Origin: Gemmata obscuriglobus | GTDB taxonomy: Bacteria; Planctomycetota; Planctomycetia; Gemmatales; Gemmataceae | Assembly: GCF_008065095.1 (NCBI RefSeq) | Contig: NZ_CP042911.1 | Coordinates: forward strand, 8,430,001 to 8,462,000 | DNA: 32,000 bases | Direction: 5' to 3' | Shown: positions 8,940 through 15,826 of the stretch, piece by piece | How the letters are laid out: every line of letters starts with the position of its first letter | Numbering within the stretch: position 1 is the stretch's first letter | Made by a program: the position numbers and the translations under genes | Notes under the pieces: generated by a model | What the model saw: the letters and a program-made list of their open reading frames with translations, nothing else | What the model was told of the DNA's origin: nothing | Database searches by the model: none

Positions 8940-9722
8940 GTGCAGTTGCAACAGGTTTCGGCGTTACAATTTGCGCCGGTAAAGGCCCCGGCGGTTCCGA
9001 AGTTGGTCGTGTGGGAGGCGTTCGATCCGGACGACCCGATGACGAAAGCCGCGGGCGAACTCTACGAAGAGACGCTGCCCGCGGACGAGCGCATCCCGTG
9101 GGCGTGGATCGAGCGATCGATTCGCGAACGGGTGAAGAGCAAGCCGCGGACGAACGGGTGGCACAAGCACCTGCTGCTGGCCGCCCCCGAGAACCGTCAG
9201 GATGATCCCGGTGCGCTGGCCGGATACGTGTACGGCGCGTTTCTGCCGGGGTACGGCGGGTATCTGTGTTACGTGGGGGTTGCCGAGTCGGCGCGCCGAC
9301 TCGGCGTCGGGCGCCGGCTGTTCGACCACTTTTTCAAGGTGCTGAAGGTCGACGCCGGCGAGTTGGGGGAACCGCTGCCGTTCGTAATTTGGGAGAGCCA
9401 CAGGCCGGAACCCGACGCGCCCGACGCTGAGTGGGAGGTCTGGGCCGCCCGCAAGCGGTTGTTCGACCGGGTCGGCGGGGCGTGGATCGACGGGGTGAAC
9501 TTCCTGTCGCCGAACTTCTCCGACGACCCGGACGCAGCACCGGTGCCGCTTCAGTTGTTCTTGAAGCCGGTGGACACTCCGGAGACCGCGTTCACAGCCG
9601 AGCGGCTACGCGAAGTCGTCGGCGGGTTGCACCAGCGGGTGTACCGTAACGCTCCGGGCACGGCGCTGTACGACGGCACGCTGCCGCCGGGCTGCGAGCC
9701 GCGCCTGCGTCCGGTCGAGTAA
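8940..9722 (+). CDS. GNAT-family N-acetyltransferase
   Basis: Acetyl-CoA motif A-like 'YVGVAESARRLGVGRRLFDHF'. The GTG at 8940 is preceded by AAGGAGAGG. Confidence 0.65.
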   Translation: MQLQQVSALQFAPVKAPAVPKLVVWEAFDPDDPMTKAAGELYEETLPADERIPWAWIERSIRERVKSKPRTNGWHKHLLLAAPENRQDDPGALAGYVYGAFLPGYGGYLCYVGVAESARRLGVGRRLFDHFFKVLKVDAGELGEPLPFVIWESHRPEPDAPDAEWEVWAARKRLFDRVGGAWIDGVNFLSPNFSDDPDAAPVPLQLFLKPVDTPETAFTAERLREVVGGLHQRVYRNAPGTALYDGTLPPGCEPRLRPVE

Positions 9723-10097
9723 ATCGGGTGCGCGAACGCGTCGTGCAATTACAAAGAACGACTCCGGCAGAACCCTATGGGCACTCGGACCCCGCCGGAG
9801 TCGACTTCAAGAAAGCGCAAGCACAGCGACCCGTACCCCCTCGCACGAGCCGCTGCCGCTGCTAGCTCCGAACAGCGTCCCGGGAGCAAACCGGGGGCAG
9901 AGAAGTTATCGAATTGCCATGAGGGAATTTGCGGGCGCGGCTCAAGCGACTCGCGCCCTCTTGGATTTGCACCAGTCCACCCGACGCTTCTGATCACGTC
10001 ACCGCAGACCCGACCGGGGCCGGCCCTAACGGAGCGGGCGGAGAACTCCGCCGAACCGTCGAAATAATTATCAAGAAATATCAATTTATAATTCGAC

Positions 10098-10120
10098 AGA
10101 TGATTCAATTGCAATCATCT
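10098..10120. repeat. small hairpin inside an AT-rich patch
   Basis: agatgatt / aatcatct 8-bp stem with a 7-nt loop. The line 10061-10120 hand-counts to 14/60 G+C. Confidence 0.5.
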
Positions 10121-10322
10121 CTGTTCACTCAGCCTCTCGCCCCCACCGCTCGACGACCGAGCGGCTGATCGCGTTCTACCGTTCCCGTTTTGGGGGCCAA
10201 CGTGACTACTCCCTCGGTACACGCGCTGTCGGTCTTGATCGTCGAAGCCGGAACTTGAAGTGGGCGGAATCGCTACGTGGCTCGTCGCCCGCCTCGGGCG
10301 CGTTCCCGCAACAACTCGGCGA

Positions 10323-10380
10323 ATAGGTCGGGTGGGAATCGAACCCACGGTTGCGCGCTCATCAGGCTAGGTGCCCGACG
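10323..10380 (-). other. tRNA-derived 3'-half fragment (anticodon-loop side through acceptor 3' strand); putative att site / prophage left boundary
   Basis: The minus strand reads CTGATGA-GCGCG-CAACC-GTGGG-TTCGATT-CCCAC-CCGACCT-A. This fits canonical tRNA positions 32-73, with a T-arm carrying a TTCGATT loop. There is no D-arm and no proper 5' acceptor strand. Upstream GCGTCGG pairs only partly with the acceptor 3' strand. Confidence 0.55.
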
Positions 10381-10490
10381 CCACAAAATGCCTTATTTCG
10401 CTTGCATTTTCAAGACTTTGCCACGAACCCGCCGTTTCCGTGCTTTCCTGAATATCCGCCGATTCCCCGGTGATTCTGGGGATGTACCGG

Positions 10491-10517
10491 GGGTTTCGTG
10501 GTAGGCTACCACGAAAC
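10491..10517. repeat. 27-nt near-perfect palindrome downstream of the 10555-11142 gene
   Basis: ggtttcgtggtag-g-ctaccacgaaacc. It may be a transcript-end hairpin for the minus-strand gene. No U-tract. Confidence 0.5.
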
Positions 10518-10554
10518 CTCCAGGTCGTTTAACAAGAACCTGCGGGGGCACGTG

Positions 10555-11142
10555 TCAGATCACCTGTCCCTCCAAAACCGGCATCCACTCCGCACTGCAC
10601 ATCACCCCGTAGTAACGCGTGGCCGGCTCGGTGATCAGGTACACCACGGGCGCCCCGGCCTGGTCGCGCACGAGCGAGCCACGCAAACCGGTCTTCACCT
10701 TGAACCACACCCCATTCATCAGCCCGTAGGTCGCGGGCACCAGCACGGGTTCCGGCTCGATCGCGGCCCACTTTCCCTCTTCGACGGTCTCGCGCCAAGT
10801 CCAGCCCGTGGGCGGCAGCTTCCGTTCGGCCCGGTCCCGGTTTCCCCACTTCACGATGTGCAGCGCCCCGTTCCACCACACCGGCAGGAGTTGCGGCGCG
10901 GCCCGCCAGTAGAACCGCACCTCGCGTTCGCCGCGCGTGTGGATGCGGTTCTCGAGCTGGTGTTCTGCGATCAGCGTTTCGGGGAGTTCGCTCAGGTCGA
11001 GCGCGACGGCAACACACACGGCGGGCACCTTCGAGACGCACCGGCACCGTGCCGGAATGCTCCTGAATATGGCCGCATGTTCAGTATCGAACAAGAGGGG
11101 TGTATGTTCCAGTTTGTTCCGGGAACTCCCCCTATCCTGCAC
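10555..11142 (-). CDS. hypothetical protein (weak, unverified resemblance to SRAP/YedK-type fold)
   Basis: 195-aa ORF with coding-like composition. Segments 'VLVPATYGLMNGVWFKV' and 'ITEPATRYYGVMCSAEWMPVL' loosely recall SRAP motifs, but there is no Met-Cys N-terminus. Confidence 0.5.
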   Translation of the reverse strand: MQDRGSSRNKLEHTPLLFDTEHAAIFRSIPARCRCVSKVPAVCVAVALDLSELPETLIAEHQLENRIHTRGEREVRFYWRAAPQLLPVWWNGALHIVKWGNRDRAERKLPPTGWTWRETVEEGKWAAIEPEPVLVPATYGLMNGVWFKVKTGLRGSLVRDQAGAPVVYLITEPATRYYGVMCSAEWMPVLEGQVI

Positions 11143-11222
11143 TTGTTACGCTGCTTGTAGCCAGTTGCTGTGACGGCTCGTGCGCGATAAAGTGGCGGTC
11201 CTGAATCCAAAAGGAGCGCCCA

Positions 11223-11375
11223 ATGCCGAATTCCCCGCCGCCACCACCACCACCACCACCACCGCCCCCGCCAGCCCCACCTCCTTCACCACCGCCTCCG
11301 AGAGCGCCACTAACGTATCCACGGGAAGACCAGCCTTACCGCAAGAGCCGCGACGGCGATAAGTACCGAACGTGA
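11223..11375 (+). CDS. 50-aa polyproline mini-ORF (possible leader peptide)
   Basis: AAGGAG (11211-11216) lies 6 nt before the ATG at 11223. My translation is MPNSPPPPPPPPPPPPPAPPPSPPPPRAPLTYPREDQPYRKSRDGDKYRT. Its TGA (11373-11375) overlaps the GTG (11372-11374) of the next ORF. It contains (CCA)7 at 11241-11261. It is too short to appear in the ORF track. Confidence 0.4.
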   Translation: MPNSPPPPPPPPPPPPPAPPPSPPPPRAPLTYPREDQPYRKSRDGDKYRT

Positions 11376-12028
11376 GTGGTGCAACAATGGACCAAAACGC
11401 CGAGCTAATTCCGGAACACGAGAGGGACGCCTTGGCCGTCGCTCGCAGCGTCGTGCCCCAGGATGAGGTCCCATATGCTTGGATCGCCGACGTTGCCAAA
11501 AGCAAGTACGACGCGTTCATGAAGGCCTTTGATGACCTTGATGCGAAAGCTGGCGCTATCATCGGCTACATGGGTGGAGGCACCGGCCTCGCAACTCTCG
11601 GCACGCTTTTCACCGTGCTCAACTCGTCGGTCAGCTCGTTAGTTGTGATATTTACATTCCCCGCCATCGCGTGCAGCGGAGCAGCGTTGTGTCTCGCAGC
11701 TCGGGCTCGCTGCACTAAGAAAGTTTTCCCCCCCCCGACTGCTGGAAGTCTGATCGAAGTCGCGAACCAATTCCATGGAGACAAACACGCTGCTGAAAAG
11801 CTGAAAGCGATCATGGCAACTCAATGGGAATTGTGCTCTGCAAGAATGCGCACAGTTGTGACTGAAAAGGCCCACGACGTGGACACCGCCACAAAGGGGT
11901 TCGTAATTGCCGTTTTCTTGTTGGTGCTGCCCCTTCTTGGAGCATTGTTTTATCCCAAAGATGACGCAATAAAAACACAAGATTCAAATATATATATAAA
12001 AGAAATGCCTGCTTCAAAAGCGCCATGA
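11372..12028 (+). CDS. predicted 3-TM membrane protein, AT-rich foreign-looking gene
   Basis: 218 aa, with an alternative ATG at 11387. An N-terminal helix '...KYDAFMKAFDDLDAKAGAII' is followed by TM pairs 'GGGTGLATLGTLFTVL' and 'LVVIFTFPAIACSGAALCLAA', then a C-terminal TM 'FVIAVFLLVLPLLGALF'. G+C drops to 15/60 at 11941-12000. Confidence 0.65.
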   Translation: MSGATMDQNAELIPEHERDALAVARSVVPQDEVPYAWIADVAKSKYDAFMKAFDDLDAKAGAIIGYMGGGTGLATLGTLFTVLNSSVSSLVVIFTFPAIACSGAALCLAARARCTKKVFPPPTAGSLIEVANQFHGDKHAAEKLKAIMATQWELCSARMRTVVTEKAHDVDTATKGFVIAVFLLVLPLLGALFYPKDDAIKTQDSNIYIKEMPASKAP

Positions 12029-12180
12029 ACGCTGGCTTGGTGAATGAAAGTCTATTGCGCACTGAAGCACATCGCCGCTGTCATAGGATCAGACGCGAGT
12101 ACCCGGCGGATACCTCCCGCGACCGCGTCAGCCGGTGCGAATGCCCGCTACTGATGTGGGCGCGGTTCCGGCCTCTGCCC

Positions 12181-12214
12181 GACCGGCTGGGCACAAGGTG
12201 CGAGCCAGCCGGTC
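12181..12214 (-). terminator. stem-loop after the minus-strand early operon
   Basis: gaccggctgg / ccagccggtc 10-bp stem with a 14-nt loop, 11 nt downstream of the stop at 12225. No U-tract. Confidence 0.35.
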
Positions 12215-12224
12215 CCTTCAACTT

Positions 12225-12527
12225 CTACCCTCCGGCTCTCACCGCCACCTCGATCGGTCGCGGTAGCGGCAGCGTAACGGTCAACTCCACCAACTGGACC
12301 GGCCGGCTGTAGTCGGTGCCCCCTCCGGTGAGGTACTTGTATTCGTCGTTGAGTGCTAGCGGGTTGCTCCCCGCAACGAACTCCCCTCGGTCGTTCACCA
12401 GAAGCCAAACAGAGAGCTTGCAGGTCGGCTGCTCGGTCGGCGGCGTGTCCTTGACTTTCGCCTGGGCGAGTTCCCGCTTCGGGCGCGACGAGCCGAACCA
12501 GTTGCGGACGGAGCTGAGAAGTTTCAC
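12225..12527 (-). CDS. hypothetical phage protein
   Basis: The GTG at 12527 has AGGAA upstream. The longer ORF-track N-terminus overlaps the upstream gene and is Arg/Pro junk. Confidence 0.5.
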   Translation of the reverse strand: MKLLSSVRNWFGSSRPKRELAQAKVKDTPPTEQPTCKLSVWLLVNDRGEFVAGSNPLALNDEYKYLTGGGTDYSRPVQLVELTVTLPLPRPIEVAVRAGG

Positions 12528-12546
12528 GGGCGTGTTCCTGTAAGGG

Positions 12547-12930
12547 TTAGGCCGCGGGCGGTTCCGCCGGCGGGAGTAGTTTCGGTTCGGTCGTTTGAGC
12601 CCCGGGGAGGGCGCGACCCGCTGCCGCGGCAAGCCGGGCCTGAACGGCGGGCGTCTGCTTCTCGGTGGCGCGGAACGGCAGGCGGAAGCCGGGGGTGGCT
12701 CGCATGTCGGCCAGCAGGAGCGTCACGTATTGAGCCGCGATCTCGTTCGCGTTCGGCCAGCGCTGGTGAAACAGGTAGCTGTTTCGGACCGCGAGCGCCC
12801 ACGCCCAGGTATCACGCCACAACGTGAGGTTGTGGGGCCGCATTCCGTATCCCTTCAGGGTTCTGCGGACACTCGTGAGCAGCCGTTTCGAGGGGCTCCC
12901 CGGAAGGTAGCGGTCGTCCGCGGTGGTCAT
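12547..12930 (-). CDS. hypothetical phage protein
   Basis: 127-aa ORF. Its ATG overlaps the stop of the upstream gene as ATGA at 12927-12930. Confidence 0.6.
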   Translation of the reverse strand: MTTADDRYLPGSPSKRLLTSVRRTLKGYGMRPHNLTLWRDTWAWALAVRNSYLFHQRWPNANEIAAQYVTLLLADMRATPGFRLPFRATEKQTPAVQARLAAAAGRALPGAQTTEPKLLPPAEPPAA

Positions 12931-13118
12931 TTGGCACCTACCTTCGCGTTAATCACCACCTGGCGGAGCAGAGCAGCCCGGCCGCGAAACCGAGCGGCTT
13001 CGGCGGTCGCCTCGTGCTGGTTCGCCTTCCTCACCTTCGCGGCCAACTGGTCGAGGATCTCCGCCCGCCCGTCGAGCCACGCCGCCGTTTCTTCGAGTTC
13101 CTGAATCAGGTCGTTCAC
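12927..13118 (-). CDS. small coiled-coil phage protein
   Basis: The GTG at 13118 is preceded by GGAGAG. Sequence '(M)NDLIQELEETAAWLDGRAEILDQLAAKVRKANQHEATAEAARFRGRAALLRQ', with the leading residue encoded by GTG. Confidence 0.5.
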   Translation of the reverse strand: MNDLIQELEETAAWLDGRAEILDQLAAKVRKANQHEATAEAARFRGRAALLRQVVINAKVGAK

Positions 13119-13171
13119 GTCAGCTCTCCGAAATGGCCCCGGATCGTTCGGGGCCGGGTTGGGGAAGCAAC

Positions 13172-13513
13172 TCAGAGCTGTTTCGCCTTCAGCAGCTCGA
13201 AGATGGCAGAGACGTGTTTGCAGTGGTGGTGCGAGTAGAAGCCGCGGCACTCGCACCGCATCGACCGGTCGCTACCCACGTGAACGGAGTAGTGGTCTTC
13301 GGTCGCGTCCGTGCCCGGGGTCTTTTTGAGGAGCATAAACCCCCGCCCCTCATCGCATGGGAATTCGTCCACGTCGTAAACCGCGAACGACTTGGTGCCG
13401 CTAATCGTGAGTGTCCCGGCCCGGTGGCCGTACTCCTCACCCGCGGGCGTCCAGATGATCGAGCCGTGCTTCTCGGATTTGGTCGGTTCCAGCAATTCGG
13501 TGTAGACTGTCAT
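13172..13513 (-). CDS. SWIM zinc-finger protein
   Basis: The C-terminal 'CECRGFYSHHHCKH' fits the CxCxnCxH SWIM signature. AGGAG lies upstream of the ATG at 13513. Confidence 0.75.
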   Translation of the reverse strand: MTVYTELLEPTKSEKHGSIIWTPAGEEYGHRAGTLTISGTKSFAVYDVDEFPCDEGRGFMLLKKTPGTDATEDHYSVHVGSDRSMRCECRGFYSHHHCKHVSAIFELLKAKQL

Positions 13514-13588
13514 GGCCTTGCTCCTGCGTAATCAGGGGTTTGGAAGTGGGCCGGAGATGGTTGCCGCCATCTCCGGCCCGCGTCGTTC

Positions 13589-13888
13589 TCACTTCGACTT
13601 CGGCCACCCATCAGGCCCCAGGTCCCGGTCACCCGGCCGCCGGATGGGCGGGCTCACCGGCGGCCTGTCCGCGTAGGGGTAGCCCGCCCCAATGTGCTTC
13701 AGCTCGTATTGCCGAGCGTCCCAGCACTGCTGGGCGTAGTTGCAGCGGTCGCAGAGCGGCGGGTCGATCCCGGGGCCGGGATCGGCGGGCACCACGGTTC
13801 GCGGCTCCTCGCCCGCGACCATCGTGGTCCACGTCGAACCGGCCCGGCCGCAGCACTCGCACACACCGTCAGGGGTCATTTTTCGCAC
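13589..13888 (-). CDS. small Cys-rich (zinc-ribbon-like) phage protein
   Basis: 'CECC' and 'CDRC' pairs are present. The GTG at 13888 has GGAG 8 nt upstream. Confidence 0.55.
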   Translation of the reverse strand: MRKMTPDGVCECCGRAGSTWTTMVAGEEPRTVVPADPGPGIDPPLCDRCNYAQQCWDARQYELKHIGAGYPYADRPPVSPPIRRPGDRDLGPDGWPKSK

Positions 13889-13945
13889 GGGTGATCTCCG
13901 GTTCGGGGAAAGGGCCGGTCAACTGCGACCGGCCCGGTTTTTAGC

Positions 13946-14209
13946 TCAGAAGCCGTGTGTGATTCCCTTCGTGCTGCAACCATCGTTGACGAAGTTGGAG
14001 ATGTCGTTGTCCCGCAACCAGTCGCACGCGACCCGAGCAGGGAAGAGGTCGTAACCGTTCCCGTTTCCACCCGGGCAGGTAACCACAACCTTCTGCTGGT
14101 CGGGCACCTGGCGACCGAATGCCGCGAACCCCGGCGGCAGATCCGCCCCGCGGAAGATCACCAGGAGGTTCTTTTCGTCGTGTATCACTTGCAGGTAGAC
14201 CGTCTTCAT
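13946..14209 (-). CDS. hypothetical phage protein, first gene of leftward operon
   Basis: ATG at 14209 gives 'MKTVYLQVIHDE...'. It is divergent from the RHH gene. Confidence 0.5.
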   Translation of the reverse strand: MKTVYLQVIHDEKNLLVIFRGADLPPGFAAFGRQVPDQQKVVVTCPGGNGNGYDLFPARVACDWLRDNDISNFVNDGCSTKGITHGF

Positions 14210-14256
14210 TTCCGTGCCCCGTGTTGTGCGTCCGTCGTCTCGACACGGAAATAATA

Positions 14257-14291
14257 GACTAGTCATTTATCTACGTCAACCCCGACTAGTC
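14257..14291. promoter_or_regulatory. two copies of the 8-bp palindrome GACTAGTC (14257-14264, 14284-14291) in a divergent AT-rich intergenic region; candidate operators
   Basis: The two palindromes are exact, with starts 27 bp apart. A half-site TAGACT lies at 14310-14315. The sites sit between the leftward start (14209) and the rightward RHH gene start (14346). Confidence 0.5.
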
Positions 14292-14345
14292 TTTTTTCTC
14301 CGCGCGGTGTAGACTGCCTGCGGAAGTAACCTCTGAGGGGTGCGG

Positions 14346-14594
14346 ATGCCGAGTCGCGAGGGGTACGTTCAAGTGGGCGTGCAGTTGCCGCCCGCGCTCA
14401 AAGTTGCCGCCGACGAGAAGCGGGGAGAGACTACGCTGACGCAGTATGTGTGCGAGCTGATCGCGCGAGACACGGGCACCGAGTACGAACCACCGAAGAA
14501 AGGCGCGCCGGCCGGAACGCCACGCAAGACGCCGCCGGGACCGAAACCGGGTAACGCAAAGAAGCCCACTGCTAAACGGAGTCGCAAGACATGA
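14346..14594 (+). CDS. ribbon-helix-helix (Arc/CopG-like) DNA-binding protein with basic Pro/Lys tail
   Basis: 'YVQVGVQLPPALKVAADEKRGETTLTQYVCELIARD' has a beta-strand plus two-helix layout. GAGGGG lies 6 nt before the ATG at 14346. The tail reads 'PKPGNAKKPTAKRSRKT'. Confidence 0.6.
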   Translation: MPSREGYVQVGVQLPPALKVAADEKRGETTLTQYVCELIARDTGTEYEPPKKGAPAGTPRKTPPGPKPGNAKKPTAKRSRKT

Positions 14595-14950
14595 TCGCCC
14601 TACTCTGCCTCTGCGCTCAGCCTGCCCCGCCGCCGACGGTGCAGTTCGACCACATCACCGTAGCCGACGCCCGGCCGTTGAGTGGCGCGACGGTGCGCAT
14701 CGAGTTCCGGCCGGACCGCCCGGAGCACACTTGGCCGATCGGGGGCGAGGAGCGCACCGTCACCGGCCCGGCCGAGCTGGACGACGGCCAGGAACGGACG
14801 GTGGTACTGCGGGGCAACCGGCTCGGCGACCTGCGCACGGGGAAGCGGATACGGGCTGTCGGCGTGCTGCGGGTGATCGACCACCCGGCCGCGGCGGTGA
14901 ATGGCGTGCTGGTGCCGGAGTGGACGGAGATCCGATTTGAGGAGCGGTGA
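14591..14950 (+). CDS. hypothetical protein, translationally coupled to the RHH gene
   Basis: ATGA overlap at 14591-14594. 119 aa. Confidence 0.55.
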   Translation: MIALLCLCAQPAPPPTVQFDHITVADARPLSGATVRIEFRPDRPEHTWPIGGEERTVTGPAELDDGQERTVVLRGNRLGDLRTGKRIRAVGVLRVIDHPAAAVNGVLVPEWTEIRFEER

Positions 14951-15082
14951 GCTACGAGGCTTGTTTCTGGCTGGCAGGCGCGAGAAGAGCCTGCATTACC
15001 ATTAATAAGACGATCGACTGCGAATGGGGCCGTTTATGCTGTGACGCAAAGGAGCAACCGGCAAGCCGCCTACCCGAGAGCT

Positions 15083-15823
15083 TTACCTGGTAGGGACTGC
15101 AACGGAAATTTTGCGTGTATTCAACCAAACATGGCGCACGGTGATGGCGGGGGCAATGGTGCTGGTCAGCGGGTAGATGAAGCCGCGATCATGGACGGTG
15201 ATATAAGTGACCTGAGACAAATCGGTTGAATTGCAATCTGGACAAGCTATAGGATTTCCAGTCGCTTTGATTGTTGCCTTGCGTTTGTTAAAGGCCGCCT
15301 TTAGTTTCTTAGAGATGGCGTAGGTGGGATCGGCATAGCCGATCATAAGAGCCTGCGGTAGTGCCCAAGCGTAATGACCGTTTACAAATCTGAGCAGGCC
15401 TTTGTCGCAGTAATCCCTGCCTGCTGGGTGGTCAACGTCTACGGGTTTACATTCCACGAAAAGCCCGTCGTTGGACGCAACGCTAACTGTTCCGTTTCTT
15501 TTGATGGAAACGTGAATATCAGGCATGTCATCAAGGTGTGTTCCATCGTAAGACTCAAACTTGGCTTCACGGGTGATACTGAACTGTTCGGAGGTGAAAC
15601 CTGGCACTTCCGAACCATCTAGAATCCGGTTTACCAAACACGTACGCAACTCGCGAGTAATGCGATCCTCGTTAGCGTTCGTGATGTCGAAATCGCCGTC
15701 GGGATGATTCACAATCTCCTGCCATGCCGCAACAACCGCCCTCTCAATCAAGAGGAGGGTCGCTTTGGGATAGGGTTGATGGGGCAGTGAGACGGGCCCT
15801 TTAGTATAAAAGCCAATCCGCAT
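15083..15823 (-). CDS. PD-(D/E)xK-type nuclease (putative restriction/effector endonuclease)
   Basis: 'DDMPDIHVSIKRNGTVSVASNDGLFVECKPV' gives a PD...ExK motif. The gene is low in GC. Its ATG lies 3 nt after the methyltransferase stop. Confidence 0.65.
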   Translation of the reverse strand: MRIGFYTKGPVSLPHQPYPKATLLLIERAVVAAWQEIVNHPDGDFDITNANEDRITRELRTCLVNRILDGSEVPGFTSEQFSITREAKFESYDGTHLDDMPDIHVSIKRNGTVSVASNDGLFVECKPVDVDHPAGRDYCDKGLLRFVNGHYAWALPQALMIGYADPTYAISKKLKAAFNKRKATIKATGNPIACPDCNSTDLSQVTYITVHDRGFIYPLTSTIAPAITVRHVWLNTRKISVAVPTR

Positions 15824-15826
15824 GAT

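Noticed and set aside
10323-10399. Full-length tRNA gene on the minus strand
   Set aside because: Only positions of about 32-73 fit a tRNA. No D-arm or AGGTCGG 5' acceptor strand lies within the required distance, and the anticodon stem pairs at only 3 of 5 positions. I kept it as a fragment, not a tRNA.
11146-11562. 138-aa minus-strand ORF over the polyproline region
   Set aside because: It runs antisense across the SD and start of the plus-strand membrane-protein gene. Its poly-Val run is simply the complement of the CCA repeat.
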